64,000 nucleotides of DNA. Source: Verrucomicrobiia bacterium (GTDB lineage Bacteria > Verrucomicrobiota > Verrucomicrobiia > Limisphaerales > UBA1319). A program made the translations under genes and the position numbers. Location of the stretch: the NCBI GenBank assembly GCA_963664225.1, contig OY760937.1, forward strand, positions 5,719,427 through 5,783,426. The letters run 5' to 3'. This document shows, one piece after another, positions 8,513-19,544 of this stretch. How positions within the stretch are numbered: position 1 is the first letter of the stretch; every line of letters begins with the position of its first letter. The notes below the pieces were generated by a model. The model was not told the origin of the DNA, searched no databases, and was given only the letters and a program-made list of their open reading frames with translations.

Positions 8513-10885
8513 ATGATGCTCCACTCCGGTCATGCCGTTTTACGGAATTTCCTGTGCCTGACGGGAATCGCTGCTGCAATGCAAGTGTCCGCCGGTGTTC
8601 AATTGAATGAGTTCCTGGCAAGGAACGCCGGAATCGCGGTTGATTCCAAAGGTCGATCCCCTGATTTTGTCGAGTTGGTCAATACAGACGCCGTGGATGT
8701 CAACCTTGGTGGGTTCCGGATGAGCATTGACAGCGCCGATCCCACCCAGTGGGTGTTTCCCGTCGGCACCAAAATCGCGGCGGGCGGTTTTCTGACGGTT
8801 TGGTGCGATGACACACGCCGGGCATCGAGTGTTTTTGAAGCCGACTTAAACATCGGGCGTTCACTTGGAAAGAACAGTGGCGGGATTTATTTATTTGATC
8901 CTTCAGCAAACCTGCTGGAATCCGTTTCCTATGGATTCCAGGTTAGTGATCTTTCGATCGGCAAGTCGGGGGGACAATGGCGTCTGCTGGCATCGCCCAC
9001 ACCCGGCGCCGTGAACGCCCAACCGGTGTCGTTGGGTAACCCTGTGGATTTGAGAATCAATGAATGGCTGGCCAGTGCAACCGCAGGGTCCGACTGGTTT
9101 GAATTGTACAATAAATCCACACTAACCTCCGAATTAAGCGGTTTATTATTGGTTGACGATCCCGCCGGCAAACAAACCATTTATTCGATTCCGGCCCTGT
9201 GTTTCATCGGCGCAAACGACTGGGTAAAATTCGATGCGGACAAGTTGACCAACAGCGGACCGGACCATGTGAGCTTTGGATTGAGCGTCAAAGGGGGGAC
9301 TCTGGCCTTGTGGACCGCGGACAGGCAGGTCATCGACCAGGTGACTTTTGGCGCGCAGATAGTGGATGTGTCCGAGGGTCGGCTGCCAGACGGGGGGACC
9401 ACCATTGTGAGCTTTCCCAAAACTCCAACTCCAGGCGCGGATAATTATTTGCCGCTGACGCACATTTTGATCAACGAAGTGCTGGCTCATACCGATCCGC
9501 CATTGGAAGACGCCGTGGAGCTTTATAATCCCAACGCGACCAATGTGGACGTGGGTGGGTGGTTTCTGGCCAACAAGGCCTCGAACCTCAAGCGATACCG
9601 GATTCCTGATAACACCGTGATTCCGGCCGGAGGATATCACGTGCTCTATGAATATGAATTCATCGGAACGGATCGTTTTACGTTTAATTCAGCCCATGGT
9701 GACAAGGTCTATTTATCGACAGGCGATCAAGCGGGCAATTTGACAGGATACCGCGTTTCCCAGTCGTTTGGGCCGTCGTTTAACAGCGTATCATTTGGCC
9801 GGTATATCACCAGTGTCGGTACCGATTTTGTCCCGATGAGCCGTCGCACCTTTGGCCACGATTACCCGGTCTCGCTTGAGGATTTTCGACAGGGTGGGGG
9901 AGCGACCAACGCAACGCCTGTTGTCGAGCCGGTGGTGATCAATGAAATCATGTATCATCCGCCGGATCTTGGAGGCACAAACGCCATCGATAATGTTGGG
10001 GATGAGTTCATGGAGCTATACAATTATTCCCCATACGCAATTTCCCTCTATGACGTGCTCAATCCCGGCAACACCTGGAAGGTTGGGGGAGATGTTTCGT
10101 TTGTTTTCCCCGTCCAAAAGTCCATTCCGGCGCGGGGCTATTTGATTCTGGTCAGTTTCGATCCGGTCAACGACGCGGGGGCGCTGGCGAGTTTTAAGGC
10201 GCGTTACCCATTGGATCCGCGCGTTCAGTTGTTCGGACCTTACAGCGGAAAATTGAGCAACAGTTCAGGCGCGGTGGAATTATACCGGCCGGACAACCCT
10301 CAATTGCCTCCCCATCCGGATGCAGGTTTTGTGCCGTATGTCATGATTGAGCGCATCCAATATGGGGACTCGGCCCCCTGGCCCGTGGAGGCAGACGGAA
10401 GTGGGGCGTCCCTGCAAAGGAAAAGCCCGACTGAATACGGAAATGATCCGGTCAATTGGCGCGCTGGAGTGCCAACTCCTGGAATCGCCAATGAAACCAA
10501 TTCCGTCGATTCGGACGGGGACGGAATGCCGGATGTTTGGGAAACCGCATTTGGATTCAATCCGCACGATCCAGGGGATGCCATTCTTGATGCGGACGGG
10601 GATGGAATGAATAATCTGCAGGAATATCTGGCGGGAACAGATCCCACTGACCCCAAGAGTGTGCTCAAACTCAGCGCAACGCGCGACATTGGCGGCGGGG
10701 TTCTTTTGGGGTTCAAGGTCGTTCCTGGAAGAAGCTATTCGGTGGAATATTTGGAGGCGGGAGTCAGCGGATGGCAGCTCTATAAAGATTTCACGGCGGG
10801 CCCGGACATTAAAACGGCTGCAATGGCCGATTCCGCGACTAACCAAATGAGGTGGTACCGGGTGCGAACTCCACAGTTGCCGTGA
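8513..10885 (+). CDS. Secreted lamin-tail-domain (LTD) repeat protein with Ca-binding DxDGDG repeats and C-terminal putative sorting domain
   Basis: Four LTD-type starts (VQLNEFLA, LRINEWLA, ILINEVLA, VVINEIMY), each followed by D-W/F-x-ELYN. C-terminal DSDGDGMPDVWE...DADGDGMNNLQEYLAGTDP and terminal RWYRV. Start moved from TTG 8438 to ATG 8513 (signal-like segment). Confidence 0.8.
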   Translation: MMLHSGHAVLRNFLCLTGIAAAMQVSAGVQLNEFLARNAGIAVDSKGRSPDFVELVNTDAVDVNLGGFRMSIDSADPTQWVFPVGTKIAAGGFLTVWCDDTRRASSVFEADLNIGRSLGKNSGGIYLFDPSANLLESVSYGFQVSDLSIGKSGGQWRLLASPTPGAVNAQPVSLGNPVDLRINEWLASATAGSDWFELYNKSTLTSELSGLLLVDDPAGKQTIYSIPALCFIGANDWVKFDADKLTNSGPDHVSFGLSVKGGTLALWTADRQVIDQVTFGAQIVDVSEGRLPDGGTTIVSFPKTPTPGADNYLPLTHILINEVLAHTDPPLEDAVELYNPNATNVDVGGWFLANKASNLKRYRIPDNTVIPAGGYHVLYEYEFIGTDRFTFNSAHGDKVYLSTGDQAGNLTGYRVSQSFGPSFNSVSFGRYITSVGTDFVPMSRRTFGHDYPVSLEDFRQGGGATNATPVVEPVVINEIMYHPPDLGGTNAIDNVGDEFMELYNYSPYAISLYDVLNPGNTWKVGGDVSFVFPVQKSIPARGYLILVSFDPVNDAGALASFKARYPLDPRVQLFGPYSGKLSNSSGAVELYRPDNPQLPPHPDAGFVPYVMIERIQYGDSAPWPVEADGSGASLQRKSPTEYGNDPVNWRAGVPTPGIANETNSVDSDGDGMPDVWETAFGFNPHDPGDAILDADGDGMNNLQEYLAGTDPTDPKSVLKLSATRDIGGGVLLGFKVVPGRSYSVEYLEAGVSGWQLYKDFTAGPDIKTAAMADSATNQMRWYRVRTPQLP

Positions 10886-11085
10886 ACAAATGGCGGTGGA
10901 GCGGGGTCAAATAGGGTGGCGGGCATCTATTCGCTTGTGTTGCAATTATGTGAAGGTTTTTTCTTGAAAATCGCAACCGAAATCGCGATTGTTCCACGGT
11001 TACGCACATTTGTGGATATCACCGGTCACTTTTTGTCCAAACTGTTGGGTTAAAGTTGGTAACCATTGAGTTCTGTTTAATCATT

Positions 11086-14000
11086 ATGAAGCTTCTTACG
11101 ATTAAAAGTTGGATCATGTTGGTATGGCTCACCGTTGCTGGAGCCCTGGCCATGGCACAGGATGTGAGGATTACCGAATTCATGGCCAGCAAACATAGCA
11201 CACTGCCTGACAAGGATGGCGATTATTCGGACTGGATCGAGCTTTATAACGCAGGGACCGCTGATGCGAACATCGAAGGCTGGTATCTGACCGATTCAGC
11301 AAGCCTTCTGACGGAATGGAGGTTCCCTTCGACTGTGATTCCCGCCAACGGTTTTCTGATTGTATTTGCCTCCGGCAAGGATTTGGCTGTTTCAGGGGCT
11401 GAATTGCACACCAATTTCAAACTGGCGTCTGAAGGGGGCTTCCTGGCACTTGTCAAACCAGACGGGCTGACCATTGCCTCCGGTTTTATTCCCGGTTACC
11501 CAAAACAATACCGGGATATTTCCTATGGAATTGGCCAGGATGTCGTAACCAATGTGTTGCTGACGACAGGTGCGACGTCAAAATTGTTTGTACCCACCAA
11601 TTCCACCCTGGGGCTGAACTGGGTTCAATCCGTCTTTGACGACTCGAAATGGACCACGGGAGCCACTGGAATCGGATATGAAACGGTCACTCCCGGTTTT
11701 GCGGTCAAAAACATCAAGGCAATCATCCAAATCGGCGGTCTTGCGGATGCCGAGGCGATCATTGCCAATTCCGGTCTGCAAACGATTGTGTATTCCGAAA
11801 ATGCGCCGGTCATCAATTATGCGAATACAGGACAGGGTGACCGTTATGCGGGGAATGTCACTTATCCAGGGTTTAGGATGGGTGTTGAAATCGATAACTT
11901 TGTCGTGGAAGCAACGGCGACAATCACCATCCCCACCCCCGGTATTTACACCTTTGGGGTCAACAGCGACGACGGTTTCAGCCTGACCATCGGAACTTTT
12001 GCGATGTCGTTTCCGGGGATGCGAGGGCCTGCAGACACCTTGGGATCGTTCAATTTTACAAATGCGGGCACTTTCCCCCTCCGGTTGGTGGCTTTTCAAG
12101 GCGGGGGCGGGGCTGAAGTGGAGCTTTTTGCCGCCAAGGGCAATTACAGCGCATGGAACAAGACGAACTTTGCCTTGGTGGGCGATATAGCCAGCGGAGG
12201 TTTGGCCGTAACCGCTCCGGTTATCGGAATGGGTAGTCCCACAGGATACCATCCGCAGATGAAAACCGACGTGCAGAAAGCGATGTACGGCAAAAACGCA
12301 TCGCTATACGTCCGAACTCCTTTTGTAGTCACCAACGTCTCCGAGGTCGGCAGTTTGACGTTGCGGATGAAATATGACGACGGCTTTATCGCTTATCTTA
12401 ATGGCCAGGAAGTGGCGCGCCGAAATGCTCCCGCAGTGGCTCAGTGGAAATCCACAGCAACCAATACGCATGGTCTGCCGGGTTCGCTTGTTTTTGAGGA
12501 CATCATCCTGACCAACCGCCTGAGCCTGTTGAAAGCCGGGACCAACATACTGGCCTTCCAGGGATTGAACATCGCCACAAATGACACCACTTTTTTCATT
12601 TGTCCCGAACTGGTTGATTACCGGGTGATCGCTGTCACCAACCATTATTTTTCCGCGCCTTCACCTGGCCGCGCGAACACTGCGGGTTTTTACGCCTATG
12701 TCCCGGACACCAAATTCAGTGTGGACCGCGGCTTTTATGACACCCCATTCAATGTTGCCATTACCTGCGCAATGACCAATGCGGTGATTCGATATACGAC
12801 TAATGGGACACTCCCTTCATTGGATAACGGATTTGTCTATACGGCACCCTTGCGGATCATCGGCACAACGGTTCTTCGCACGGCGGCTTTTGCGCCATGG
12901 TTTGAACCCTCACCGGCGGATACGCAGTCTTACATTTTCCTATCGGATGTCATCCGGCAGTCACCCAATGGCCAGACCCCCACGGGATGGCCTTCGACTT
13001 GGGGGGCCAATGTCGTGGATTACGGAATGGATCCAAATGTCGTAAACAGCCCACTTTACAGCAGCACAATCAAGAACGACTTGCAGAGCATTCCCACGTT
13101 TTCGATTGTCATGAATCTGCCTGATTTGTTTGATGCATCGACCGGAATTTACGCGAATGCCGAACAGCATGGCAATGACTGGGAAAAACCGGCCTCGGTG
13201 GAACTGATTTATCCCGATGGGACCAAGGGCTTCCAAGTCAACGCGGGTATCCGTATTCGCGGCGGCTACAGCCGCAGTTCAAACAATCCCAAACATGGAT
13301 TCCGCCTCTTTTTCAGGCAGGAATATGGGGCAAATCGTCTGGTTTATCCCTTCTTTGGCAAGGACGGCACCGATACTTTTGAGGGCTTCGACCTAAGAAC
13401 CGCTCAAAACTATTCATGGAGTTTCGAAGGCAATCCAAACTGCATCTTCATCCGTGATCAGTTTTGCCGGGATACTCAAATCGCGATGGAAGAGCCGGGC
13501 TCAAGGGGCAAATTCTATCATCTCTACATTAATGGGGAATATTGGGGGCTGTTTGATATCGATGAACGTCCGGAGGCCTCATTTGGCGAAACCTATCTGG
13601 GCGGGAACAAGGACAATTACGATGTCATCAAGGTGCAAACCGGGCCTTACACCATTTACGCCACGGATGGCAACATGGATGCCTGGACGAGACTTTATAA
13701 TGCTTGCACCAACGCGGCGCCGCTCACCAATAACGCGGCCTATTTCAAGCTTCAGGGCAGAAATTCCGATGGCTCGGTGAATCCTTCCTATGAAAACCTG
13801 ATCGACACCACCAATCTGGTGGACTACATGCTTTTGATCCTTTACAGCGGGAATTTCGATGCGCCTATTTCCGCCTTTTTGGATGAAATTCGACCAAACA
13901 ATTTTTATGCGTTGCGCGAGCGCACCGGCGCAAGCGGCGGTTTCAAATTTGTCAGCCATGACTCCGAACATGTGCTCATAGACAAGTGGTGGGGAACGGT

Positions 14001-16773
14001 GCCAACCAACGCACTGTATGTGGATCGCAACGGTCCGTTTCCAGCGGGAGATGATTCCGTGCTGTATAGCAATCCGCAATGGATCTACCAGCGCCTCCTG
14101 ACCAACGCTGAGTTTCGCGTCCTGGTCAGTGATCGGGCGCAAAAACAATTCCTCAATGGCGGTCCTTTGAGCGCTGCGGCCTGCATCGCGCGCTTCACGG
14201 AGCGCAAGAACGAGATCGATCGGGCTGTAGTGGGTGAATCGGCACGTTGGGGAGACGCAAAGAGGCCGGGCAATGCGCTGACGCGCGACAACGATTGGCT
14301 GCCCGCAATAAACAACTTGTTGAACAATTATCTGCCATACCGGTCTGACGTCATCCTGGATCAGCTCAGATCCCGTGGTTTGTTTCCTTATATAACGGCG
14401 CCTGTCTTAAGTCAGCAAGGCAGCAATGTGGTATCCGGTTTTTCGTTGGTCATGAATGGTTCCGGTGGAACGGTGTATTACACGACTGACGGGTCCGATC
14501 CGCGATTGATCGGTGGCGCCATGTCTTCCAAGGCCATACCCTATCGCAATCCCGTTGTGATCAACCAAAACACAACGATTAAATCCCGTGTTTGGAATGG
14601 CATCGAATGGAGCCCCCTAAATGAGGCCGAATTTACCGTGATTCAAACTTTTGCGGAATTATTGCCAACGGAAATCATGTATCACCCGCCGAGTCACGGG
14701 GTGGTGAACGCCGACGAGTTCGAGTTTGTCGAGTTAAAGAACACGTCAACCAAGGTTCTGGATTTGAGTGGAGTGCATTTTACCAGTGGAATTGATTTTG
14801 TGTTCACCAATGGTACAACGCTCAACCCAGGCCAATTTGTGGTTCTGGCAAGCAATCCGGATGCGTTCGCGAGCAATTATCCGGGCGTGCATGTGGACGG
14901 CGCTTACACAAAACGCCTGGCAAACAACTCGGACAAACTCACTTTGGTCCACGCTGTTGGGACAAAGATTTTTTCTGTGGCATACCAATCTGGTGCGCCA
15001 TGGCCCGCAACGGCTGATGGCATGGGCTATTCATTGGTTCCGCTGATTTCTGATGTTGGCGCCGACTGGGATAATCCGGCAAATTGGCGGGCCAGCACGG
15101 AAATAGGAGGATCGCCTGGGATGGATGATCCAGCGCGGAAAACTCTTCCAGTTGTCATCAATGAATTGCTCACCAATAGCGATCCGCCCCAGACAGATGC
15201 CATTGAGTTATATAATCCGAACGAGTCCTCGGTAAACATAGGTAATTGGTTTCTCACGGACACCAAGAGCACGCCTGCGAAATTCAAAATTCCGGCTAAC
15301 ACAATATTGGCTCCAGGCGCATTCAAAGTGTTTACGGAAACGAATTTTAATCCGATACCAGGGCAGGATCCGAGCTTTTCACTCAGTTCACGGGGCGAAT
15401 CAGCCTATTTGTTTGCAGCCGATTCGACGGGTCATTTGACCGGTTACTGCGATGGGGTTGAGTTTGGCGCGGCGGCGGTGGGAGTCACATTTGGCAGATA
15501 CACAAATCAAGCGGGATGGGTTTATTTCCCGGCTCAATTGACCAATTCGCTTGGAACGATCAATTCAGGGCCCCGCGTGGGGCCTGTGGTGATCAATGAA
15601 ATTAATTACCATCCTTTGCCGGGTCAGGCCGGTTTTGTGGAATTGAAAAACATAACGTCGGAAAACGTCGCCCTGTACGATCCAGCCAATACCACAAATA
15701 CCTGGAAATTGAACGGGACGGGTTTTGATTTTCCGGCTGGAGTTGAAATTCCGGCAGGTGGTTTGGCGCTCGTTGTCGAAGGCAGTCCTGCGGCGTTCCG
15801 CACGAGCAATAATGTTCCTGCAAATGTGGCGATTTACGGTCCGCTCAATGGTGGATTGCAGAATGGCGGTGAATTACTGGAGCTGCAACGCCCAGGCCCA
15901 CCCGAACCCGGCACCAATGGAACCGTCTTTGTGCCTTATATCGCAGTGGATACAGTGCATTACAACAACCGTCTACCCTGGCCCCAGGCAGCGGATGGGC
16001 AGGGTGCCTCGTTGGAGCGTCTGGTGGTATCGGCCTTTGGCGATGATCCATTCAATTGGGTGGCCAGCGAAGGGGCGCCGACGCCTGGAATCTCTGTCAA
16101 CCACACCCCCGAGGTGAATACGGGCGGAAATGTAACTCTCTACGTTCCGTCCCTGCCACTAACCGTAAAACTGAATGGCACTGCAATCGATGACGGGCTG
16201 CCCAATCCGCCGGGGAAAATGGACTTCGAATGGAGCTTGATCGCCGGACCGAACTTGGTGAGTTTTTCAGCGCCATTGGAGTTGAATACCACGGTGACCT
16301 TCACATCGTTTGGCAGTTATACGCTTCAGTTGGCCGCCACTGACGGTGAACGAGTTGGATCGAAGGAAGTAACGTATGACATTCAAGGGGAGAGTATTGC
16401 AGAATGGCAGCAACGTTATTTCTCCACGGTTGAGCTGGCTAATCCGGAGATCAGCGGTCTGAGCGCCGATCCCGATCATGATGGGGCGAGTAACGAACAA
16501 GAATACCGATCCGGCACAAATCCCCGAAATGCGGAGAGCGTCTTGAGAATTGGCCTGAAAACTGCTAATAATCAATCGACCCTGTTGCATTTTGTGGCGA
16601 CGGCGGGCCGGACTTATTCAGTGATGTATTGTGACGGTCTGGAAACGCGATTGTGGCATAAGATTGCCGATGTTTCTGCTGAAACAAGAGACCGGGACGT
16701 TGACGTCGCAGATAATGGGTCACGAGTTGGCGCTCAGCGATATTACCGGTTGGTGACGCCAGCGCAGCCTTAG
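11086..16773 (+). CDS. Giant secreted protein: LTD + PA14-like + FN3-associated/chitobiase-like + CotH kinase + LTD x3 + PKD-like + C-terminal putative sorting domain
   Basis: Signal peptide (…AGALAMAQ), VRITEFMAS...DWIELYN (LTD), GVNSDDGF (PA14-like), IRYTTNG and VYYTTDGSDP (FN3-associated), CotH-like GIRIRGGYSR...PKHGFRLFFR and HLYINGEYWGLFDIDERP, further LTDs, DPDHDGASNEQEY, terminal RYYRLV. Confidence 0.82.
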   Translation: MKLLTIKSWIMLVWLTVAGALAMAQDVRITEFMASKHSTLPDKDGDYSDWIELYNAGTADANIEGWYLTDSASLLTEWRFPSTVIPANGFLIVFASGKDLAVSGAELHTNFKLASEGGFLALVKPDGLTIASGFIPGYPKQYRDISYGIGQDVVTNVLLTTGATSKLFVPTNSTLGLNWVQSVFDDSKWTTGATGIGYETVTPGFAVKNIKAIIQIGGLADAEAIIANSGLQTIVYSENAPVINYANTGQGDRYAGNVTYPGFRMGVEIDNFVVEATATITIPTPGIYTFGVNSDDGFSLTIGTFAMSFPGMRGPADTLGSFNFTNAGTFPLRLVAFQGGGGAEVELFAAKGNYSAWNKTNFALVGDIASGGLAVTAPVIGMGSPTGYHPQMKTDVQKAMYGKNASLYVRTPFVVTNVSEVGSLTLRMKYDDGFIAYLNGQEVARRNAPAVAQWKSTATNTHGLPGSLVFEDIILTNRLSLLKAGTNILAFQGLNIATNDTTFFICPELVDYRVIAVTNHYFSAPSPGRANTAGFYAYVPDTKFSVDRGFYDTPFNVAITCAMTNAVIRYTTNGTLPSLDNGFVYTAPLRIIGTTVLRTAAFAPWFEPSPADTQSYIFLSDVIRQSPNGQTPTGWPSTWGANVVDYGMDPNVVNSPLYSSTIKNDLQSIPTFSIVMNLPDLFDASTGIYANAEQHGNDWEKPASVELIYPDGTKGFQVNAGIRIRGGYSRSSNNPKHGFRLFFRQEYGANRLVYPFFGKDGTDTFEGFDLRTAQNYSWSFEGNPNCIFIRDQFCRDTQIAMEEPGSRGKFYHLYINGEYWGLFDIDERPEASFGETYLGGNKDNYDVIKVQTGPYTIYATDGNMDAWTRLYNACTNAAPLTNNAAYFKLQGRNSDGSVNPSYENLIDTTNLVDYMLLILYSGNFDAPISAFLDEIRPNNFYALRERTGASGGFKFVSHDSEHVLIDKWWGTVPTNALYVDRNGPFPAGDDSVLYSNPQWIYQRLLTNAEFRVLVSDRAQKQFLNGGPLSAAACIARFTERKNEIDRAVVGESARWGDAKRPGNALTRDNDWLPAINNLLNNYLPYRSDVILDQLRSRGLFPYITAPVLSQQGSNVVSGFSLVMNGSGGTVYYTTDGSDPRLIGGAMSSKAIPYRNPVVINQNTTIKSRVWNGIEWSPLNEAEFTVIQTFAELLPTEIMYHPPSHGVVNADEFEFVELKNTSTKVLDLSGVHFTSGIDFVFTNGTTLNPGQFVVLASNPDAFASNYPGVHVDGAYTKRLANNSDKLTLVHAVGTKIFSVAYQSGAPWPATADGMGYSLVPLISDVGADWDNPANWRASTEIGGSPGMDDPARKTLPVVINELLTNSDPPQTDAIELYNPNESSVNIGNWFLTDTKSTPAKFKIPANTILAPGAFKVFTETNFNPIPGQDPSFSLSSRGESAYLFAADSTGHLTGYCDGVEFGAAAVGVTFGRYTNQAGWVYFPAQLTNSLGTINSGPRVGPVVINEINYHPLPGQAGFVELKNITSENVALYDPANTTNTWKLNGTGFDFPAGVEIPAGGLALVVEGSPAAFRTSNNVPANVAIYGPLNGGLQNGGELLELQRPGPPEPGTNGTVFVPYIAVDTVHYNNRLPWPQAADGQGASLERLVVSAFGDDPFNWVASEGAPTPGISVNHTPEVNTGGNVTLYVPSLPLTVKLNGTAIDDGLPNPPGKMDFEWSLIAGPNLVSFSAPLELNTTVTFTSFGSYTLQLAATDGERVGSKEVTYDIQGESIAEWQQRYFSTVELANPEISGLSADPDHDGASNEQEYRSGTNPRNAESVLRIGLKTANNQSTLLHFVATAGRTYSVMYCDGLETRLWHKIADVSAETRDRDVDVADNGSRVGAQRYYRLVTPAQP

Positions 16774-16790
16774 AATTGTTCCTCCGCGAT

Positions 16791-16827
16791 GCGCCCGGCC
16801 AGCATTAGGATGCTCCGGGCGCTTTTT
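16791..16827 (+). terminator. Intrinsic terminator
   Basis: GCGCCCGG-CC-AGCAT-TAGG-ATGCT-CCGGGCGC-TTTTT, 18 nt after the stop of the CotH-domain gene. Confidence 0.75.
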
Positions 16828-17052
16828 ATTAAGCGTGATGATGGGTTCTGTAATTGGGAAGGTGCTTGCGTGTTTCTGGTTAAAAATGCGTGAAGAGCAT
16901 CCTTCCCTGGTAACGATACTTGCCATAACAATGCGATTTGCTTTTACTGTCGGTCGTTCCAATGCAACGACGTTGAGGGTCGTAAATCGAATGCAAGCAC
17001 CGTTTTGGATGGAATTTGAGAGTGCAGGGTTAAAAATCACAGATTTTATTGT

Positions 17053-19377
17053 ATGAGGTTGATGAAAAATGCGGCATTTGCGGCCTGGTTGGGAATATTG
17101 GCGTGCATGACGATTCATGCAGCGGCAGCGCCTGTATTTATAAATGAAGTGCTCGCCAGCAATGTCACTTATCCCGATGCCACAGGCAATACGCCCGACT
17201 GGGTCGAATTATACAATCCATCGACCAATGATGTGAATTTGGGGGGAATGAGCCTTTCGAACGATCCGATCCGGCCGCGGATGTGGGTTTTGCCTGAGGG
17301 TGCCATTGTGCGCGCAGGACGTTACCTCGTCATTTATTTTGACGGGAGCATGCCCGCGTCCTCACGCAATACAGGCTTCAGCCTAAGCGCCACGGGGGAT
17401 GGAGTTTATTTTTACGATGCGAACAGCCAGTTGGTGGATTCTGTTGTCTTTGGAATTCAAATTCCTGATTATTCCATTGGACGTCTTCAAAATATTTCCA
17501 ATCCCTGGCAATTGATGAGGCCCACCTTTGAAGCAGCCAACGAATCGGTGCCGATGGGAAGTCGCGCGTTGCTACGGGTCAACGAATGGATGGCGGATCC
17601 TTCATCCGGGAAAAAGTGGTTCGAGCTTTATAATGGAGACACCATGCCTGTGGAAATGAGCGGGCTTTATCTATCGAACAGCCTGAACAAAAATCCGTAT
17701 AAGTTCAAAATACCGGCCTTGTCGTTTATTGGAACGGGATCGCAAGGTTATCAAAAGTTTCTTTCCGATGACACCGCCTCAACCAGTCCTGATCGTGTTA
17801 ATTTCAAGATTTCAAAATCGGGCGATGACATTGGAATATTCACCGAGTCCGGCGTGGCGATCAATGCGGTGACCTATGGCGCCCAGATCACGGATGTTTC
17901 CGAGGGACGATTGCCTGATGGCGCACCGAATATTGTCAAGTTTTACACCACACCCACTCCGAGCGCGAGCAACTACCTGCCTTTGAATAATGTGGTGATC
18001 AACGAAATTCTGACGCACACCGATCCGCCGCTGCAGGATTCATTGGAACTGTTCAATACAACAGCAACGGATGTTCCCATCGGAGGCTGGTTTATCAGTG
18101 ACAGTCCTTCGAATTTCAAGAAGTTCAAAATACCGGCGGGAACGGTCATCAAAGCGTTTGGTTTCCAGGTTTTCTACGAAGATCAGTTTACCAACACCGC
18201 GAGTCCCTTTAATTTCAATTCTTCGGAGGGGGATTCGGCCATACTTTCCGCCGTTGATTCCGTGGGGAACCTGACAGGCTACCGCGCTGAAGTGAATTTC
18301 GGAGCGGCATTCAACGGTGTTTCCTTTGGGCGATATGTCAACAGCGCGGGAGCGATCCAATATCCGTCCCAAAATGCTGTGACCCTCGGTTCCACAAATG
18401 CAGGCCCCCGCATGAGTCCGGTCGTCATCAATGAAGTCATGTTCAATCCACCAGCAGTGTTGAGCACCAACGATAATACGCAGGACGAATATGTGGAATT
18501 GTTCAACATGACGAGTCAGCCAGCGCCACTTTATAATCCGTTGGAATCAACCAATGCATGGCGTATTCGAGGCGGTATTACTTATGATTTTCCCACGAAT
18601 GTCACGATTCCTGCGGGAGGATATTTGCTTTTGGTCAATTTCGATCCCTCGACCAATGCGCCCGTCTTGGCCCTGTTCCGACAAAATTACGGTGTAAATA
18701 CCAACATTCAATTATTTGGACCGTATCAGGGTAAACTGGGAAATTCAGGCGACTCCATCAAACTGGAATCACCGGATGCGGTGCAGGGCATTGGGCATAT
18801 CAATGAAGGATTTGTGCCCTATGTCACAGTGGATTTGGCGGAATATTCGAGCGTGGGCCCATGGCCGACAGGGGCCAGCGCCAGTGGATGGTCCATCCAA
18901 AAAAAGAATCCTTTCCAATATGGTAATGATCCAACCAATTGGTTTGCCGGGGCGCCAACCGCGGGAAGTCTGAATATCGGTGGAGCGGTGGACTTGGACG
19001 GTGATGGTCTTCCCAACGATTGGGAATTGGCTTATCAGTTTGATCCCATGAATCCAGCCGATGCCCGGCAGGACGCTGACGCTGACGGGGTGTCGAATTT
19101 AAACGAGTATCTCTCCGGGACTGATCCGCGAAATAGTGCCAGCGCTTTGCGGCTTTCCGGTGTTGAACACAAAGCTGACGGTTTGCACATAACATTTGCA
19201 GGGATTGCCGGGCGCACCTATACGGTCCAGTTTTGCGATGGCATTATTGGGGGGACCTGGTCGGATCTTCAGAAGATTGGACCGCTGTCTGCGGCTCAGA
19301 CGGTGGACATCACCGATCCTCTGGCGCCGCAATCTCAGGGACGTTATTACCGTGTGGTTTGCAGACTGGGGCCATAA
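17053..19377 (+). CDS. Secreted LTD-repeat protein, paralogue of 8513-10885
   Basis: Signal peptide and the same domain order as 8513-10885, with near-identical blocks (DVSEGRLPDG, INEILTHTDPPLQD vs INEVLAHTDPPLED, FNGVSFGRY, YGNDPxNW, DxDGDGLPNDWE, RYYRVV). Confidence 0.82.
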   Translation: MRLMKNAAFAAWLGILACMTIHAAAAPVFINEVLASNVTYPDATGNTPDWVELYNPSTNDVNLGGMSLSNDPIRPRMWVLPEGAIVRAGRYLVIYFDGSMPASSRNTGFSLSATGDGVYFYDANSQLVDSVVFGIQIPDYSIGRLQNISNPWQLMRPTFEAANESVPMGSRALLRVNEWMADPSSGKKWFELYNGDTMPVEMSGLYLSNSLNKNPYKFKIPALSFIGTGSQGYQKFLSDDTASTSPDRVNFKISKSGDDIGIFTESGVAINAVTYGAQITDVSEGRLPDGAPNIVKFYTTPTPSASNYLPLNNVVINEILTHTDPPLQDSLELFNTTATDVPIGGWFISDSPSNFKKFKIPAGTVIKAFGFQVFYEDQFTNTASPFNFNSSEGDSAILSAVDSVGNLTGYRAEVNFGAAFNGVSFGRYVNSAGAIQYPSQNAVTLGSTNAGPRMSPVVINEVMFNPPAVLSTNDNTQDEYVELFNMTSQPAPLYNPLESTNAWRIRGGITYDFPTNVTIPAGGYLLLVNFDPSTNAPVLALFRQNYGVNTNIQLFGPYQGKLGNSGDSIKLESPDAVQGIGHINEGFVPYVTVDLAEYSSVGPWPTGASASGWSIQKKNPFQYGNDPTNWFAGAPTAGSLNIGGAVDLDGDGLPNDWELAYQFDPMNPADARQDADADGVSNLNEYLSGTDPRNSASALRLSGVEHKADGLHITFAGIAGRTYTVQFCDGIIGGTWSDLQKIGPLSAAQTVDITDPLAPQSQGRYYRVVCRLGP

Positions 19378-19544
19378 GCATTTGAATTTTTCCATCAGGG
19401 AGTAATTAACAAAAGCGCTTTTTCCTGCTCTTGACGTCCAGGAAAAACAGGGCAGATTAAGACCATTCCCAATAGACTGGTTTGGAAAACGGTCATGTAT
19501 TTTGTGCCATCTGATGCTGATACCATCGGCAGATAGCTTTGTAA

